DNA of 28,352 nucleotides from Promethearchaeota archaeon (GCA_030603385.1 JAUVXW010000045.1:1-28352); one strand, 5' to 3'. Shown: positions 8,408-17,777, counted from the stretch's first letter. Notes: generated from the sequence alone by a model not told the origin. A program made the numbers and translations.

Positions 8408-9736
8408 ATGGGCAAAATTTTAGACCTTGCTGAAGATCTATGGGTTGGAAGAAAAGATACATTTTCTCATCATCCATTTGGAGTACCTCGTGGTCTTGAA
8501 CTCATAAATGAACATAATTCGCAGCGAACATGGTTTTACAGAGGTTTTTCAAATTCAGTAATAAGAGAAACCAACGAAGGATTGATAATTGTTGACCCTG
8601 GAGCAGATTTTGATGTTGAAAAGAAATTTAAAGCTGTCCGAGAAGTAACTTCTCAAAAAGTCAACACAGTAATATTTACACATGGTCATGTTGATCATAT
8701 TGGAATCAAACCTTACCTGGAGGAATGTGAAGATAATAATTGGCCGATTCCTCGGATTATTGCTCATGAAGCAATTCTTAATCGTTTCGATAGATATAAA
8801 TTAACAAACTCTTGGAATGCTTATATTAATTTAAGGCAATTTAGAGGAGATAAAGGTGAACCTGCTTTTACTAAAGATTTTTGTTATCCAAATTTAACTT
8901 ATCGAGATGAATTAGCAATTCAAATTGGTGGTGTGCGGGTTCAGCTAAAGCATTCACGAGGAGAAACTGATGATCACACATGGGTTTATTTCTCTGATAC
9001 AAATATCTTATGCACAGGCGATCTATTTATTTGGGGGATACCAAATGCAGGAAATCCTCAAAAAGTCCAACGCTATGCTCATGAGTGGGCATTGGCATTA
9101 CTTGAAATGAAAAAATATAACCCTCAAATTTTATGTCCAGGACACGGAGTTCCTATAATTAGTCAAGAAAGAGTTAATGAAGCATTAGATAATACCGCTC
9201 TCTTACTAGAATCACTTCATACGCAAACGATTTCTCTAATGAATAAGGGAGCATCTTTAGATACTATTATTCATACTGTGAAAGCTCCTGATGAATTATT
9301 CAAAAAGCCATACCTTAAACCAGTTTATGATGAACCTGAATTCATTGTAAGAAATATTTGGCGATTATACGGAGGCTGGTATGATGGAACTCCTTCTAAT
9401 CTAAAACCTGCTCCTGAAATCGTTCAAGCAAATGAAATTACAAATCTTGCTGGAGGTGCAGTAAAATTAGCTGATCGGGCTTTAGAACTTATGAATGCGG
9501 GTGAATTAAGAATGGCATGTCACCTCGCTGAATGGGCTTGGTTGAGTTCACCTAATAATAAATATGTCAGTGAAATTACTTCGAAAGTTTTTACTACCCG
9601 AGCTAAAAAGGAAAGTTCAACGATGGCAATTGGAATTTATTTATCAGCAGCTAGAAAAATGGGTGGTGACCCCGACAAAGAAATGCCAGGAAGAACTATT
9701 ATGCAAGCTCAAGATTTGAAAAATCAATCCGAATAA
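8408..9736 (+). CDS. Alkyl/aryl-sulfatase-like metallo-beta-lactamase-fold hydrolase with dimerisation domain
   Basis: THGHVDH, RGETDDH, GDLF, PNAGNPQKVQRY, PGHG, IVRNIWRLYGGWYDG.PS.L.PA. Confidence 0.88.
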   Translation: MGKILDLAEDLWVGRKDTFSHHPFGVPRGLELINEHNSQRTWFYRGFSNSVIRETNEGLIIVDPGADFDVEKKFKAVREVTSQKVNTVIFTHGHVDHIGIKPYLEECEDNNWPIPRIIAHEAILNRFDRYKLTNSWNAYINLRQFRGDKGEPAFTKDFCYPNLTYRDELAIQIGGVRVQLKHSRGETDDHTWVYFSDTNILCTGDLFIWGIPNAGNPQKVQRYAHEWALALLEMKKYNPQILCPGHGVPIISQERVNEALDNTALLLESLHTQTISLMNKGASLDTIIHTVKAPDELFKKPYLKPVYDEPEFIVRNIWRLYGGWYDGTPSNLKPAPEIVQANEITNLAGGAVKLADRALELMNAGELRMACHLAEWAWLSSPNNKYVSEITSKVFTTRAKKESSTMAIGIYLSAARKMGGDPDKEMPGRTIMQAQDLKNQSE

Positions 9737-9865
9737 GTTTAAAAAGACCGAAAATTTTAGAAAAGCTTATCCTTGTTAAAATTTTTATACTTACAATGTA
9801 ATTCCAGAAGGTGTCACTTTCTTGAAGGTGTTTCCTGTTATAAATTTATAAAAAGAGAATGAAAA

Positions 9866-10237
9866 ATGAACGACTATACTAAATATTCAATTGATCCAGA
9901 AATAAAATTTAAGCATTTGGAGATTATTGACATTCTCAAATTAATCGAAGAATGTACTCAAAAATGGCAGAATATATCCCTTTGTAATGTTAATGATTCT
10001 GTTGTCAGATTAGCTGTTATCGAAGGAGAATTTCATTGGCACAAGCATGAAAAAGAGGATGAATTCTTTTTCGTTATCGAGGGGTTACTTCTAATTGATT
10101 TGGAGAAGAAGTTAATCGAATTGAAGCCTAATCAAGGTTTTACTGTACCAAAGGGCGTCATGCATCGAACAAGAGCCCCTACTCGGACATCGGTTTTATT
10201 GATAGAAAAAAGCTCTATAAAGCCTACTGGAGATTGA
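9866..10237 (+). CDS. Cupin-domain protein
   Basis: GEFHWHKHEKEDEFFFVIEG and VPKGVMHR cupin motifs. Confidence 0.92.
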   Translation: MNDYTKYSIDPEIKFKHLEIIDILKLIEECTQKWQNISLCNVNDSVVRLAVIEGEFHWHKHEKEDEFFFVIEGLLLIDLEKKLIELKPNQGFTVPKGVMHRTRAPTRTSVLLIEKSSIKPTGD

Positions 10238-10317
10238 ACCTTTTGATTTAGGAAATTTTATTTTTAGATCTGTTCATCTTTGGATGAAGATGTAGTTAAC
10301 CAAAACTCAGGGAAATA

Positions 10318-10617
10318 TTATAGTATTGGTGGTTCCAATTTTTTTCTTCTTTTTTCCATTTTCATTTTCCACTTATCATGATTTTTTTCTAGATGATACT
10401 GATAAATTCCTACACCAATTATACCTAAAGAAAGTATTAGCCAAAAAATCCAAAATGATAGTGATATTATAAGATTAGTATTAACTTCAATTGCTTCTGG
10501 TCCTTCTGTTATAACTATAAAAATAACAGAAAATAATGAAACTATTGCAGAAATAGCCCCTAAAATACAGTCAAAATAGATCCCTATTCTCTCACGTTTT
10601 AATCTTGAATGTGACAT
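10318..10617 (-). CDS. Small two-TM membrane protein
   Basis: Two long hydrophobic helices flanked by basic termini. Confidence 0.75.
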   Translation of the reverse strand: MSHSRLKRERIGIYFDCILGAISAIVSLFSVIFIVITEGPEAIEVNTNLIISLSFWIFWLILSLGIIGVGIYQYHLEKNHDKWKMKMEKRRKKLEPPIL

Positions 10618-10925
10618 GGGTATCTTTATTATATTAAATTAAATTTTCACGATTTCTATATTTTCTTACCTATAATGATTGCTAAAACGTGAATATCTTT
10701 TTCAATCATTTTTTTTATTTTGCCATTTTAATATATTATAGGAATCTAGATATTTTAAGAATAACTCTTATTATGAACGGAGAAAAACGGTGAAATTCTA
10801 TTTCGAACTGAAATGCACAAAACAAAAAGAGAGTAATATTCATTAAAAATAAAAATAAAAAAAATAACATCAAAAGAAAGCTCAAAATCTAACAAAAACA
10901 AAAGATAAAAGGAGTGTGAAAAAAG

Positions 10926-12197
10926 ATGAAAAAAATAAATTACATATACATTATGTTAGGAATGATTTTTACTGCTCTTCTAATGAGTTCTGCTAATTCT
11001 TTAGCTTGGAGCAACGGTAATAATGTTATAGGAGAATCTACAGCAGGTAAATATAGGGTGGGGGTGAACCCGATTCCATTATACAAGGAGGACTATACTA
11101 AATCGATTACAGTCAATACAATGAGAGATTGTTATGGTACACATGATTGGATCGCAGAGTCTGCTTTAGTGCTCTTGAACTCAGTCAGATCTTCTAATAC
11201 GTTTTTGACGAAATTAATGGATATTAATGATCCAGATGATTTACGTATATGGTTTCTTTTTGGTACAGAAATGCCTGATCACTTTACATGTCCTCCACTT
11301 AAGACAAGATGTAGATATCCATTAAAATTAACAGATTTTCATGGTGGTAAGCATAATCGATTATTCTTCTATGAAACAGGATTAGCAATGCCGAGGGAAG
11401 ATTCTGCGGCTCGATGTGCTTCTGCTCTTTATCAAGAAATAAAGATTGCTTTTCAGAAAAATGATTGTCAAAGAGCGGCAATTCTTATGGGTGCTCTAAT
11501 GCATGTTATAGCTGATGCAACGTTTTTCTATCATGTAATAGAAGGAGCTAGTAGAGCTCCAGAATTTGAGAGTCATGTTGATCATGTTACTTTTAAGACT
11601 TGGAATGATGGAGATAGGAATTTAGATAATCCCACAAAAGAATTTTTTAGGTTAAAGGAGGCAAGAGATAAACTTACAACCATAACAATGGATCCTTATT
11701 TAGCGACAATTTATGCTGGAATAGACACTTATTATGGAAGTTCTGGTTTTGAAGATGCGCTTTGGTTGCTAGCGAATGCACCTCTCTCCATAAGTCGTCA
11801 TTATTGGGCATGGGTGGAAGGTTATTGGAATTCATATGATCAACAACATACATGGACTTATTCAATGCGCCCTACTAGTGGAGATGCAAAAATCTATTTT
11901 GATACTGTTGAGCACAACTTAAATATGGCAGTTTATTATTGTGCGGTTGCTCTAAATTATGTCATTACTTATGGAGGATATACTGATTGTAGCTGTTCTG
12001 GTGAATATCCAGGGGAGCAGAACCCATACCCCCCAGAAAGTGAGGGAATACAAAATAAAGAAGGGATCAAGGTAGCCGTCGATGAGTTTCAATCATTATT
12101 TTTCCTCGGCGCTGTAGGCTTAGCTTCGACCATGATTTCGCTGACGCTTGTGAATAAGATGTGGGGCATCATTGAAAAAATGATTCCAGTTTGGTAA
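10926..12197 (+). CDS. Secreted, C-terminally anchored zinc-dependent phospholipase C / S1-P1 nuclease-fold protein
   Basis: Signal peptide ending SLA|W (mature Trp1), GTHDWIAE, GTEMPD, G.LMHVIADA...H, FE..V; C-terminal hydrophobic helix. Confidence 0.75.
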   Translation: MKKINYIYIMLGMIFTALLMSSANSLAWSNGNNVIGESTAGKYRVGVNPIPLYKEDYTKSITVNTMRDCYGTHDWIAESALVLLNSVRSSNTFLTKLMDINDPDDLRIWFLFGTEMPDHFTCPPLKTRCRYPLKLTDFHGGKHNRLFFYETGLAMPREDSAARCASALYQEIKIAFQKNDCQRAAILMGALMHVIADATFFYHVIEGASRAPEFESHVDHVTFKTWNDGDRNLDNPTKEFFRLKEARDKLTTITMDPYLATIYAGIDTYYGSSGFEDALWLLANAPLSISRHYWAWVEGYWNSYDQQHTWTYSMRPTSGDAKIYFDTVEHNLNMAVYYCAVALNYVITYGGYTDCSCSGEYPGEQNPYPPESEGIQNKEGIKVAVDEFQSLFFLGAVGLASTMISLTLVNKMWGIIEKMIPVW

Positions 12198-12202
12198 TAA
12201 CC

Positions 12203-12218
12203 TAATTTTTTTTTTTTG
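12203..12218 (+). terminator. Oligo-T archaeal terminator candidate between convergent genes
   Basis: Run of about 13 T shortly after the stop of 10926..12197. Confidence 0.5.
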
Positions 12219-12266
12219 CAGTTTTAAATAAACTAGTCAATTACAGACTAGAGTTTTTCGATTTGA

Positions 12267-13169
12267 TTATATATTTATATCTATCCCTTTTTCTGTTAAT
12301 TTATCTAAGATTTTATTAGAATCTGGACTAATGGGATTTCTAAAGACTCTTAATTCTCTCAAATTCGTTAATTTCTCAAGACCATCTAAATTTGTTAATT
12401 TATTATCACTTAAATCTAGATCTGCTAAATTCTGTAACATATCAAGTCCTGTTATCTCTGAAATTTCATTTGCGGCTAGATTTAAATAATCTAATTTTCT
12501 AAGATTTTCTAATCCCGCTGTTTTTGTAATCTTATTAGTTCCAAGAGATAGTTGCTTTAGATTAGTTAGGTTGTCAAGTCCTTTAATTTTGGTTATACTA
12601 TTATAAGCTAAATCTAATAACTCCAAATTTTTAAGATTATTCAATCCCTTTAATTCACTGATTTTATTTTCGGTCAAATATAATTTTTTTAGATTGCTTA
12701 AATTATCAAGTCCTTTGATTTCTGTAATCTGATTGCCACTTAAAGCTAAAAACTCTAATTTTTTAAGGTTTTCTAAACCTTTTATCCCAGCAATTTCATT
12801 TTGAACGAAAAAAAGATATTTTAAATTAACTAACTCTCCAAGCCCTTTAATTTCTCTAATGCTATTACTCTCATTACGAATACTTCCAAATGATAATCCC
12901 ACTAAATTCTTAAGATTGTTCAAACCCTCTATCTCAGTTAAATAATTATCACATAAATCTAGATGTTTTAGGCTTGTAAGGTTTTCAAGGTTTTCGATTT
13001 TTTCAATCCCATTACCTTTTAGGTAAAGGACTTCTAAGTTCTTAAGTTTCTCGAGCCCTTGAATTTCATCAAGTTTAGCAGGAATGCTAATAAGATCCAA
13101 CTCATTATTATGGACAAAATATTTCTTCCCATTAACAATGACATACTCTTCAGAATTTTTGTCTGACAT
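12267..13169 (-). CDS. Leucine-rich repeat protein, SDS22-like, about 11 repeats of 22 aa
   Basis: Repeats LxxLxxLxxLxLxxNxIxxIxG; final RNPI cap. ATG 13169 preferred (TTTAAATA box about 30 nt upstream). Confidence 0.92.
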   Translation of the reverse strand: MSDKNSEEYVIVNGKKYFVHNNELDLISIPAKLDEIQGLEKLKNLEVLYLKGNGIEKIENLENLTSLKHLDLCDNYLTEIEGLNNLKNLVGLSFGSIRNESNSIREIKGLGELVNLKYLFFVQNEIAGIKGLENLKKLEFLALSGNQITEIKGLDNLSNLKKLYLTENKISELKGLNNLKNLELLDLAYNSITKIKGLDNLTNLKQLSLGTNKITKTAGLENLRKLDYLNLAANEISEITGLDMLQNLADLDLSDNKLTNLDGLEKLTNLRELRVFRNPISPDSNKILDKLTEKGIDINI

Positions 13170-13278
13170 GTTCAAGATATGTATATTCAATACGCCTATT
13201 TAAATCTACGCACCCACACGACTTTTAGATTTCCGTGAATGCCGAAATAAACTAAATTAAAATAAGAGTGAAAAAAAT

Positions 13279-13620
13279 TTATACTACTTTCTTTATTTTT
13301 TTGGCTAACTCCTGAGCATTCTCGTCTGATTCCTCGAGAATTTTGAATAGTCCCTCAGGGTTGACTATTAATGCCGCGTCTATGAGCTTTTGTAGGCCAA
13401 TCACGGTCTCTATGCGCTCGTTCTTTTGTAAATGGAAAATTACATTCCCTAACTGGTTTTTGAGTGCTCCCTTCTCGGATTCTAATGCCAAGTTCAACAG
13501 AGCAGGGCACACTTCCTCCAAGGTCTCTTTACTGACTTCCCTAGCAAACTTATAAATTTGGGATCTTTGAGTATCTGTTATCCCTACGGCCTGTTCCTCT
13601 ATTTTTTGGATTGGTTCCAT
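13279..13620 (-). CDS. Hypothetical alpha-helical protein (113 aa)
   Basis: Clean ORF with GGATGTGA SD-like motif and strong TATA (TTTATATA) upstream; a decayed paralogue lies at about 8.0 kb. Confidence 0.85.
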   Translation of the reverse strand: MEPIQKIEEQAVGITDTQRSQIYKFAREVSKETLEEVCPALLNLALESEKGALKNQLGNVIFHLQKNERIETVIGLQKLIDAALIVNPEGLFKILEESDENAQELAKKIKKVV

Positions 13621-13670
13621 TTTCTGTTATCACATCCACTTTTTTTGATTTTTTTTGTTATTTTTTTATT

Positions 13671-14185
13671 CTTTTTTGACCAATCATAATAATTCAATGC
13701 TCATATATAAATGTTTTCTGTCAAAAAAAGTAATGATTTTTCCGGAATCTGTCAAAAATTAACTTTCGGTCTTTTTTCGTTGATATTCTTGACTGAAAAA
13801 TGAAAGCCCATTTTTATGGGAAATATCCTTTTATAGCATAATTTTTACTTTTTGATCGACTGCATTATTAACAAATTGATAACGATTAAGGCACGAAAAC
13901 GCACCTATTTTAATAGGATAGTAATTTTTCCGTCATGCGACTACTGAAAAAATGATCAATAAAGATAACTTTTTTTTGATAGTTTTCGAAATCAGTAATA
14001 ACTCGCTTATTGTTTATGAAAACCGTACATTTTGATCAAGATAAACAGTCAATCACATTTTTATTTCCCAAACGAAAAACTTTTCAATATGATCATTATG
14101 GATTATATCGATCACACTTTTTGTAGATCACGCAACATAATTTAGAAAAATGATCGGTATTTAAATATGATTGATCATATATTTT
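13671..14185. promoter_or_regulatory. Divergent promoter region with TATA boxes and many GATC/TGATCA and GTCAAAAA motifs
   Basis: TTTATATA on minus (~13705-13712) and TTTAAATA on plus (14160-14167); GATC at 13854, 13954, 14034, 14091, 14110, 14126, 14152, 14173. Confidence 0.65.
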
Positions 14186-14217
14186 AATTAGAACACAAAA
14201 AAAAATGAGGGAATAAG

Positions 14218-14478
14218 ATGGGTCAAGAAGAAAAATTGGAAGAAACGATGGAAAATTATCGCAATATTCGGGAATGCCTAACCGGATTGTGCGAAATCAT
14301 CAACATCAACTTCAACGAGAAGGATTTTTATCATCAAGCGGCTATGGATAATTTAAACAATCTAAATAATAATATCCTGGAGCTGTTAAGAAATTCACAT
14401 ACTCCTCGCGAGATTAGAATTAAGTTGCGAGAGATAAAGTTTGATGAGAAGCAAGCTGAGGAACTATTTCCTTTATAA
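14218..14478 (+). CDS. Hypothetical helical protein (86 aa)
   Basis: ORF with GAGGGA SD, upstream TATA and T-rich downstream terminator region. Confidence 0.8.
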   Translation: MGQEEKLEETMENYRNIRECLTGLCEIININFNEKDFYHQAAMDNLNNLNNNILELLRNSHTPREIRIKLREIKFDEKQAEELFPL

Positions 14479-14799
14479 TCTAATTTTTATTATTTAGCGT
14501 TTACTGCTAATTGTTTATTATTTATTGTGTTTTTTATGCTTTTTTTTGCTTTTAGGATATAGTGTTTTTTGAAACGGTTTGGTTAAAATTTTTCTATCAT
14601 TATTATGCCAAAGACTGGATTTATATTGGGTCTATTCGTTTTATGAGCAAAATTTTATCAAAATCTGTGAATGATTACTGAAATATTTACGAGCAATAGT
14701 TAACTTTTACTACGATTCTGAAAGTAAAAATCTGCATAAACAATTTAATAGGTTCTAAATTTATAATGTAATAAGTATCATTGAATTTGGTTAGTAAAA

Positions 14800-15777
14800 A
14801 TGTCATATGAAGAAATCTCGAAAGTTCATAAGGAACTTGGTAAATTAATAGAAGATAGTTTTGAATTAAGAAGAAAGATAGCCAGAGAGTTTGCGACTCA
14901 AAAAGGCATACCGCTTAGGGATTTAGCATCAGGAAATGTAGATGGAAAAACAATGATAGAATTTAATCGCCATATTTCAAATAATTTAGGAGGAGAAAGA
15001 GCAAAAAATATACCTAAAGATGTAGGTATAGAAAAATTTAAAATTGGGAACATACCTGCTGAATGGATTTCCGTTCCTGAAGCTAATGAAGAAAAAGTGT
15101 TTTATAATTTATTTGGAGGAGGATATATCATGGGCACTTTAGAAAGCCGTCGATGGATCCCCTATCACATTTCACGAGTCACCAATTTACGATGTTTGAA
15201 TATCGAGTACCGTTTAGCTCCGGAATACCCTTTTCCGGCAGCCTTAGATGATTCAATTAACTCATATAAATGGCTAATATCGAAAGGCTTTGACCCGAAA
15301 AAGATAATTATTGGTGGCGAGTCAGCAGGTGGCGGATTAGCAATCGCAACTCTATTAAAACTAAAAGAGGAAAAATTATCACTTCCCGTAGCGGGAGTTT
15401 TGATGTCACCATGGGTAGATCTTACAGCAAGTGGAAAATCTATTATTAGAAACCAAAAATTTGAACCTTTAATATTAGAAGGTATAAAAAACATGGCTAA
15501 ATCATATGCCCAGAAGGAATCTCTTAGTAATCCCTTAATTTCACCAGTTTTTGCCGATCTAAAAGGATTACCTCCGTTACTTATTCAGGCTGGTGGAATT
15601 GAAGCATTAGTAGACGACTCAATCTCCTTAGCCGAACGAGCAAAGACAGCTGGAGTAGAGGTTAAACTTGAAATATATGAGAATATGACTCATGTTTTTC
15701 AAAATTTTGGAGAGGAACTATCCGAAAGTAGAAAAGCTTTTGCAAGTGTAAATGAGTTTATCCAAAAATTTATTTAA
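14800..15777 (+). CDS. Alpha/beta hydrolase, hormone-sensitive lipase (family IV) esterase
   Basis: FGGGY (HGGG variant), YRLAPEYPFPAALDD, GESAGG nucleophile elbow, SPW.DL, E.L.DD, HVFQ. Confidence 0.93.
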   Translation: MSYEEISKVHKELGKLIEDSFELRRKIAREFATQKGIPLRDLASGNVDGKTMIEFNRHISNNLGGERAKNIPKDVGIEKFKIGNIPAEWISVPEANEEKVFYNLFGGGYIMGTLESRRWIPYHISRVTNLRCLNIEYRLAPEYPFPAALDDSINSYKWLISKGFDPKKIIIGGESAGGGLAIATLLKLKEEKLSLPVAGVLMSPWVDLTASGKSIIRNQKFEPLILEGIKNMAKSYAQKESLSNPLISPVFADLKGLPPLLIQAGGIEALVDDSISLAERAKTAGVEVKLEIYENMTHVFQNFGEELSESRKAFASVNEFIQKFI

Positions 15778-16177
15778 TTTTTTTTTAGAATCGATACAAA
15801 TTATTGTACCAAAGGCTTTTAAGGAATCCCTTGTAAACCTGGTTGAACTATTTTTGACGTGCTATGTTATCAAGGGGCAATCATATCCCGCATTGCAAAA
15901 GTTAACGCGTTTTACCGAAACTATAAGAGAAAATTTGGAAATTTGGCAAACCCTAAATATATCAATCAAAACAAGTGAGATTTTAGAAATAAACAACCCA
16001 CCCGCCCTTAAAACCGTGATCAATGAGATTTTTCTATCATAGTTTAAAAAATCTTTGTTTTTAATATTTTTCTTTTCGAAAACATTACATTTCATAATTC
16101 AAAATAATAAATATCATGATTAATTTCAATAATTAAAGATAATAATAGAAATAAATATTGAAAGAGTGAATTAGAAA

Positions 16178-16843
16178 ATGACAATAATAACAACGAAAAA
16201 GCCTTTTGAAGAGGTTTTGGGCGCTTTAAAGAACGTAAACAAAATCGGGCTTGTTTCTTGTGGCAGTTGTGCGGCAATGTGTCAAACTGGTGGTACCGAG
16301 GGCGCTAAAGAAATGGCAGAGAAATTGGAGCAAGAGGGATTTGAAGTAGTAATAACAATTGTTCCTGAAGAAGTCTGTGATAATAGAGTCATGATGAAAG
16401 ATTTTCGCAAAATTGACGAAGAATTAGGGGAAATAGATGCGATACTGACATTAAGTTGTGGTTTAGGGGTTGCAAGTATCACTCAAGTTCTTTCTAGAAA
16501 GCATCCTGATATCCCTGTTTTTATTAGTAATAATACAGAATTTATGGGAATGACAGAAAGGATCGGTAGATTTTATATGCGCTGTCGTGGATGCGGAGAT
16601 TGTTTATTAAATGAGACAGGTGGAATTTGTCCAATCACAACTTGTGCTAAATCACTTATGAATGGACCATGTGGTGGTATGGTTCGCGGCAAATGTGAAG
16701 TTGGTAATTATGAAAAAGATTGTGGTTGGGTGTTAATTTTCAATCGATTAAAAGAATTAGGAAGATTAGACTTATATAATAAATTAAGAGACCCTATAGA
16801 TTGGAGTGAATCCGGTCATCAACGAGAAGTAGTTTGGAGGTAA
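16178..16843 (+). CDS. metV: Methylene-tetrahydrofolate reductase Fe-S subunit MetV (MTHFR_C domain)
   Basis: CGSCAAMCQTGG, SCGLGV, CRGCGDC, GGICPITTCAKSLMNGPCGG...CE...CGW; directly upstream of metF. Confidence 0.9.
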   Translation: MTIITTKKPFEEVLGALKNVNKIGLVSCGSCAAMCQTGGTEGAKEMAEKLEQEGFEVVITIVPEEVCDNRVMMKDFRKIDEELGEIDAILTLSCGLGVASITQVLSRKHPDIPVFISNNTEFMGMTERIGRFYMRCRGCGDCLLNETGGICPITTCAKSLMNGPCGGMVRGKCEVGNYEKDCGWVLIFNRLKELGRLDLYNKLRDPIDWSESGHQREVVWR

Positions 16844-16847
16844 TGAA

Positions 16848-17777
16848 ATGACAGAACAGAGAGTATACTCAAAATTAGGTGAGTTGATTGCAAGAGGAGA
16901 ATTTGTCTTAACAGGCGAACTTGAACCAGAAAAAACATGTGATCTTTCTCACACGATCCAGGAAGCAAAAGAAATGGCACCTTATGTTGTCGCTGCAAAC
17001 GTGACCGATAGTCCTTTAGCAATAGTTACCATTAATTCAATGGCAGCATCACATATTATCCAAAGAGAAACGGGTTTGGAATGTGTGTGGCAATTAACAG
17101 TAAGAGATTGGAACAAGATAGGGATTGTTGGACAAATTATGGGAGCTCAAGCATTAGGTTTACATAATATTCTTTCACTTACAGGTGATCATACCGCATT
17201 AGGTGATTGTCCAGAAGCTAAGCCAGTCTTCGATTTAGATTCAGCAACACTAATAAAACTTGTAAGAGAAATGGTTGATACAGGGTCGATTAATGGGCAT
17301 GAAATTGAGCATCCCCCTAAACTTCATGTAGGAGGTGCGGCTAATCCTAACGCAGATCCTATGGAAGCAGAAATATTGAAAATTGGCAGGAAAGCTGAAG
17401 CAGGAGTAGAATTTATACAAACTCAAGTTGTTTACGATATAGATATGACAGCTGAGTTTTTAAGGGAAATCAAAAAATATAATGTACCTGTGTTTCTTGG
17501 AATTTTTCCTATGAAAAGTTATGGGATGGCGAAAGGATTTGATACGTTTGTTCCAGGTGTTGATGTGCCCAAAGACATTCTTGCAAGATGGAAGCAAGTT
17601 AAAACAGATGTCGCCGATAAGAAAGAGCAAAAAGAGGTGTATGATCAGTTAAATTACGAATTTTTCAAGCCATTCATTACTGAATTAAAATCAAAAGGGT
17701 TGTTAGCAGGAGTCCATTGTATGGCGGTACACTATACCCGTATCTTCCCTAAATTGATTGAAGTTATCAAGGCTTAA
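16848..17777 (+). CDS. metF: 5,10-methylenetetrahydrofolate reductase MetF
   Basis: T.EL.P.K, NVTD, Q.T.RD.N, NIL.LTGD, VFDLDS, K.EAG.EFIQTQ..YD; GGAGG SD, 4-nt gap after metV. Confidence 0.93.
   Translation: MTEQRVYSKLGELIARGEFVLTGELEPEKTCDLSHTIQEAKEMAPYVVAANVTDSPLAIVTINSMAASHIIQRETGLECVWQLTVRDWNKIGIVGQIMGAQALGLHNILSLTGDHTALGDCPEAKPVFDLDSATLIKLVREMVDTGSINGHEIEHPPKLHVGGAANPNADPMEAEILKIGRKAEAGVEFIQTQVVYDIDMTAEFLREIKKYNVPVFLGIFPMKSYGMAKGFDTFVPGVDVPKDILARWKQVKTDVADKKEQKEVYDQLNYEFFKPFITELKSKGLLAGVHCMAVHYTRIFPKLIEVIKA

Noticed and set aside
12300-13080. 66-bp periodic DNA repeats considered as a CRISPR or DGR-type repeat
   Set aside because: Fully explained by LRR coding; no identical repeats with spacers and no reverse transcriptase.
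13621-14217. Replication origin
   Set aside because: No orc1/cdc6 gene nearby and no recognisable ORB (G-string) motif; kept only as a regulatory finding.
15103-15126. FGGG instead of HGGG in the esterase as a sign of inactivation
   Set aside because: Oxyanion glycines and the Ser/acid/His triad appear intact; likely a tolerated variant.
15752-16277. Short ORFs 15752..16042 (+), 15862..16095 (-), 16092..16277 (-)
   Set aside because: They overlap real genes or each other and have no recognisable motif or SD; the plus one could be a remnant but I cannot support it.
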